From Patescibacteria group bacterium (GTDB lineage: Bacteria; Patescibacteriota; Patescibacteriia; Magasanikbacterales; UBA922), in contig JBAZIZ010000002.1 in assembly GCA_041651535.1 (NCBI GenBank), forward strand, positions 82,059-146,058: a stretch of 64,000 bases of DNA, given 5' to 3'. The notes below the pieces were generated by a model. It saw only the letters and a program-made list of their open reading frames with translations. It searched no databases and had not been told where the DNA came from. Position numbers and translations under genes: made by a program. Below, one piece after another: positions 62,626 to 64,000 of the stretch (its first letter is position 1; each line of letters begins with the position of its first letter).

Positions 62626-64000
62626 TATGTCTAAAGAACAAAATCGAACAATTAGTAGCTTGATTGAAAAAATAAAAAATTATGACACAAAAGCTGATTT
62701 AGACATGATCAGATTAGCTTATGATTATGCTGAAAAAGCTCACCAAGGACAAACTAGAAAATCTGGTGAACCATATATAATTCATCCTCTAGCAACCGCC
62801 CATATTTTAGCAGACATGAAAACTGACTATATTTTAGTAATTGCAGCTTTACTCCATGATGTCCCAGAAGATACAGAGAAAACCTTGGAAGATTTAGAAA
62901 AAGAATTCGGACCAGAAGTTATGAATTTAGTAAAAGGCATAACTAAACTTGGCAAATTAAAATATCGAGGTGTGGCACGATATATTGAAAATTTAAGAAA
63001 AATGTTTGTAGCTATGGCAGAAGATGTCCGAGTTATGATTATAAAATTTGCTGATCGAATTCACAATTTAAGTACTTTAGATTCTCTGCCACCACAAAAA
63101 AGATATCGCATTGCTTTAGAAAGTTTAGAAATTTATGCACCTTTAGCAGACAGATTGGGAATGGATGAAATAAAAAGTCAACTTGAAGATTTATCTTTTA
63201 AATATGTTTATCCAAAAGAATACGAAAGAATTAGTGAATTACGCCAAGAAAAATTAAAAGGTAAAGAAAAATATTTTAAATATGTAATTGAAAAAACAAA
63301 AAGAGAATTAGAAAAAACAAATATTCATTTTTTATTTATTGGTGGCAGAAATAAAACTTTATACAGCCTTTATAAAAAAATGCAGAAAAAAAACAATGAT
63401 ATAAATAAAATTTATGACATTGTAGCTGTCCGAGTTATTGTAAAAGATTTGTCTGATTGTTATTCTACTCTTGGTATTATTCATAATATTTGGCGCCCGA
63501 TGAAAGGAAGAATAAAAGATTATATTTCACAACCAAAACCAAATGGTTATCAGTCTCTACATACCACAGTTTTTGGTGATGCAGACGGACAGCCGATAGA
63601 ATTTCAAATTCGTACTGAAGCTATGCATGAACATGCAGAATATGGTATTGCTGCCCATTGGCATTATGATGAATATGGCTCTAGAATGCCAAAAAGAGAA
63701 GTTGATTGGGCTAGAGAATTAGCTGATATCCAAAAAGATATTTTAAATAAACTTTCTGATCTAGAACAAATTAAAATTGATTTTTTACAAACCAGAATTT
63801 TTGTTTTTACTCCAAAAGGTGATGTTATAGATTTACCCGAAGGTTCTACTCCAGTTGATTTTGCTTATAGTATTCATACTGACATTGGAAACAAATGCAC
63901 TGGCGTTTTAATCAATGAAAAAATGTCACCGCTTGACACTTCATTAAATAATGGTGATGTAGTTGATATTATTATAGATAAAAAAAGAAAAGGTCCAAAT
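62626..64000 (+). CDS. Bifunctional (p)ppGpp synthetase/hydrolase RelA/SpoT family (3' end beyond window)
   Basis: HD domain 'YIIHPLATAHILADM...LLHDVPED', synthetase region 'YSLYKKMQKK...IRTEAMHEHAEYGIAAHWHY'; ORF open to window end; TATAAT-like box at ~62592. Confidence 0.85.

Noticed and set aside
1-64000. Alternative genetic code (UGA=Gly code 25 or UGA=Trp code 4) suggested by extreme AT-richness and CPR-like gene content
   Set aside because: Long genes (5664-aa, 1061-aa, 821-aa, 811-aa ORFs) are uninterrupted in standard translation, and every well-supported gene ends in TAA/TAG. Under a UGA-recoded genome the standard six-frame track would fragment these genes.

Overview
This 64-kb window is very AT-rich (about 27-30% GC by eye) and densely coded. 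Large ORFs are uninterrupted by TGA, so the standard bacterial code applies and UGA is not recoded. Most stops are TAA.

Gene content and layout look like a small-genome, cell-wall-bearing bacterium, possibly a CPR/Parcubacteria-like lineage. That taxonomic guess is an inference.

Housekeeping genes I can support from conserved motifs:
- partial dnaX (C-terminal part)
- DEAD-box RNA helicase
- pheS, pheT, rseP
- lemA, htpX, a NUDIX hydrolase, ndk
- phosphohexomutase, clpC-like AAA+ chaperone, a DsbA-like oxidoreductase
- M15 (VanY-like) peptidase, radA, recG
- S11 D-Ala-D-Ala carboxypeptidase, scpB
- an ECF sigma factor with a putative anti-sigma partner
- a CaCA antiporter and a partial relA/spoT

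Two tRNAs are present on the minus strand: tRNA-Thr(CGU), and a second tRNA whose anticodon reads GCG.

Accessory content worth attention:
1. A 17-kb gene (14480-31474) encodes a 5664-aa surface protein. It has a signal peptide, four perfect or near-perfect 678/687-bp tandem DNA repeats, two LamG-like lectin domains, about five large FN3/Ig-like repeat modules and a C-terminal membrane anchor. Co-directional genes follow it: a small membrane protein, a PrsA/parvulin-type PPIase, Hsp20 and a VanW-domain protein.
2. A four-gene minus-strand operon (4334-10187) encodes secreted or anchored proteins. One carries Cys-bracketed 'DNDGDG' calcium-binding repeats, a CarbopepD_reg-like domain and a dockerin-like motif.
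3. Two small GIY-YIG (YhbQ-like) nuclease ORFs sit in structured GC-rich hairpin repeats. One lies between three tandem MITE-like inverted-repeat units. The other is wedged between an intact tRNA and a duplicated 5' tRNA fragment that carries a two-hairpin insert.
4. A MazF/PemK-fold toxin gene has no recognisable antitoxin. An in-frame N-terminal extension upstream is interrupted by TGA. It sits next to a two-domain Ltp (superinfection-exclusion-type) membrane protein. Between them is a roughly 115-nt structured element with pseudoknot-like interleaved complementarity that ends in a U-tract.
5. Several GC-richer structured patches in long intergenic regions are candidate small RNAs or leaders.

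No CRISPR array, rRNA or classical IS/transposase was seen.
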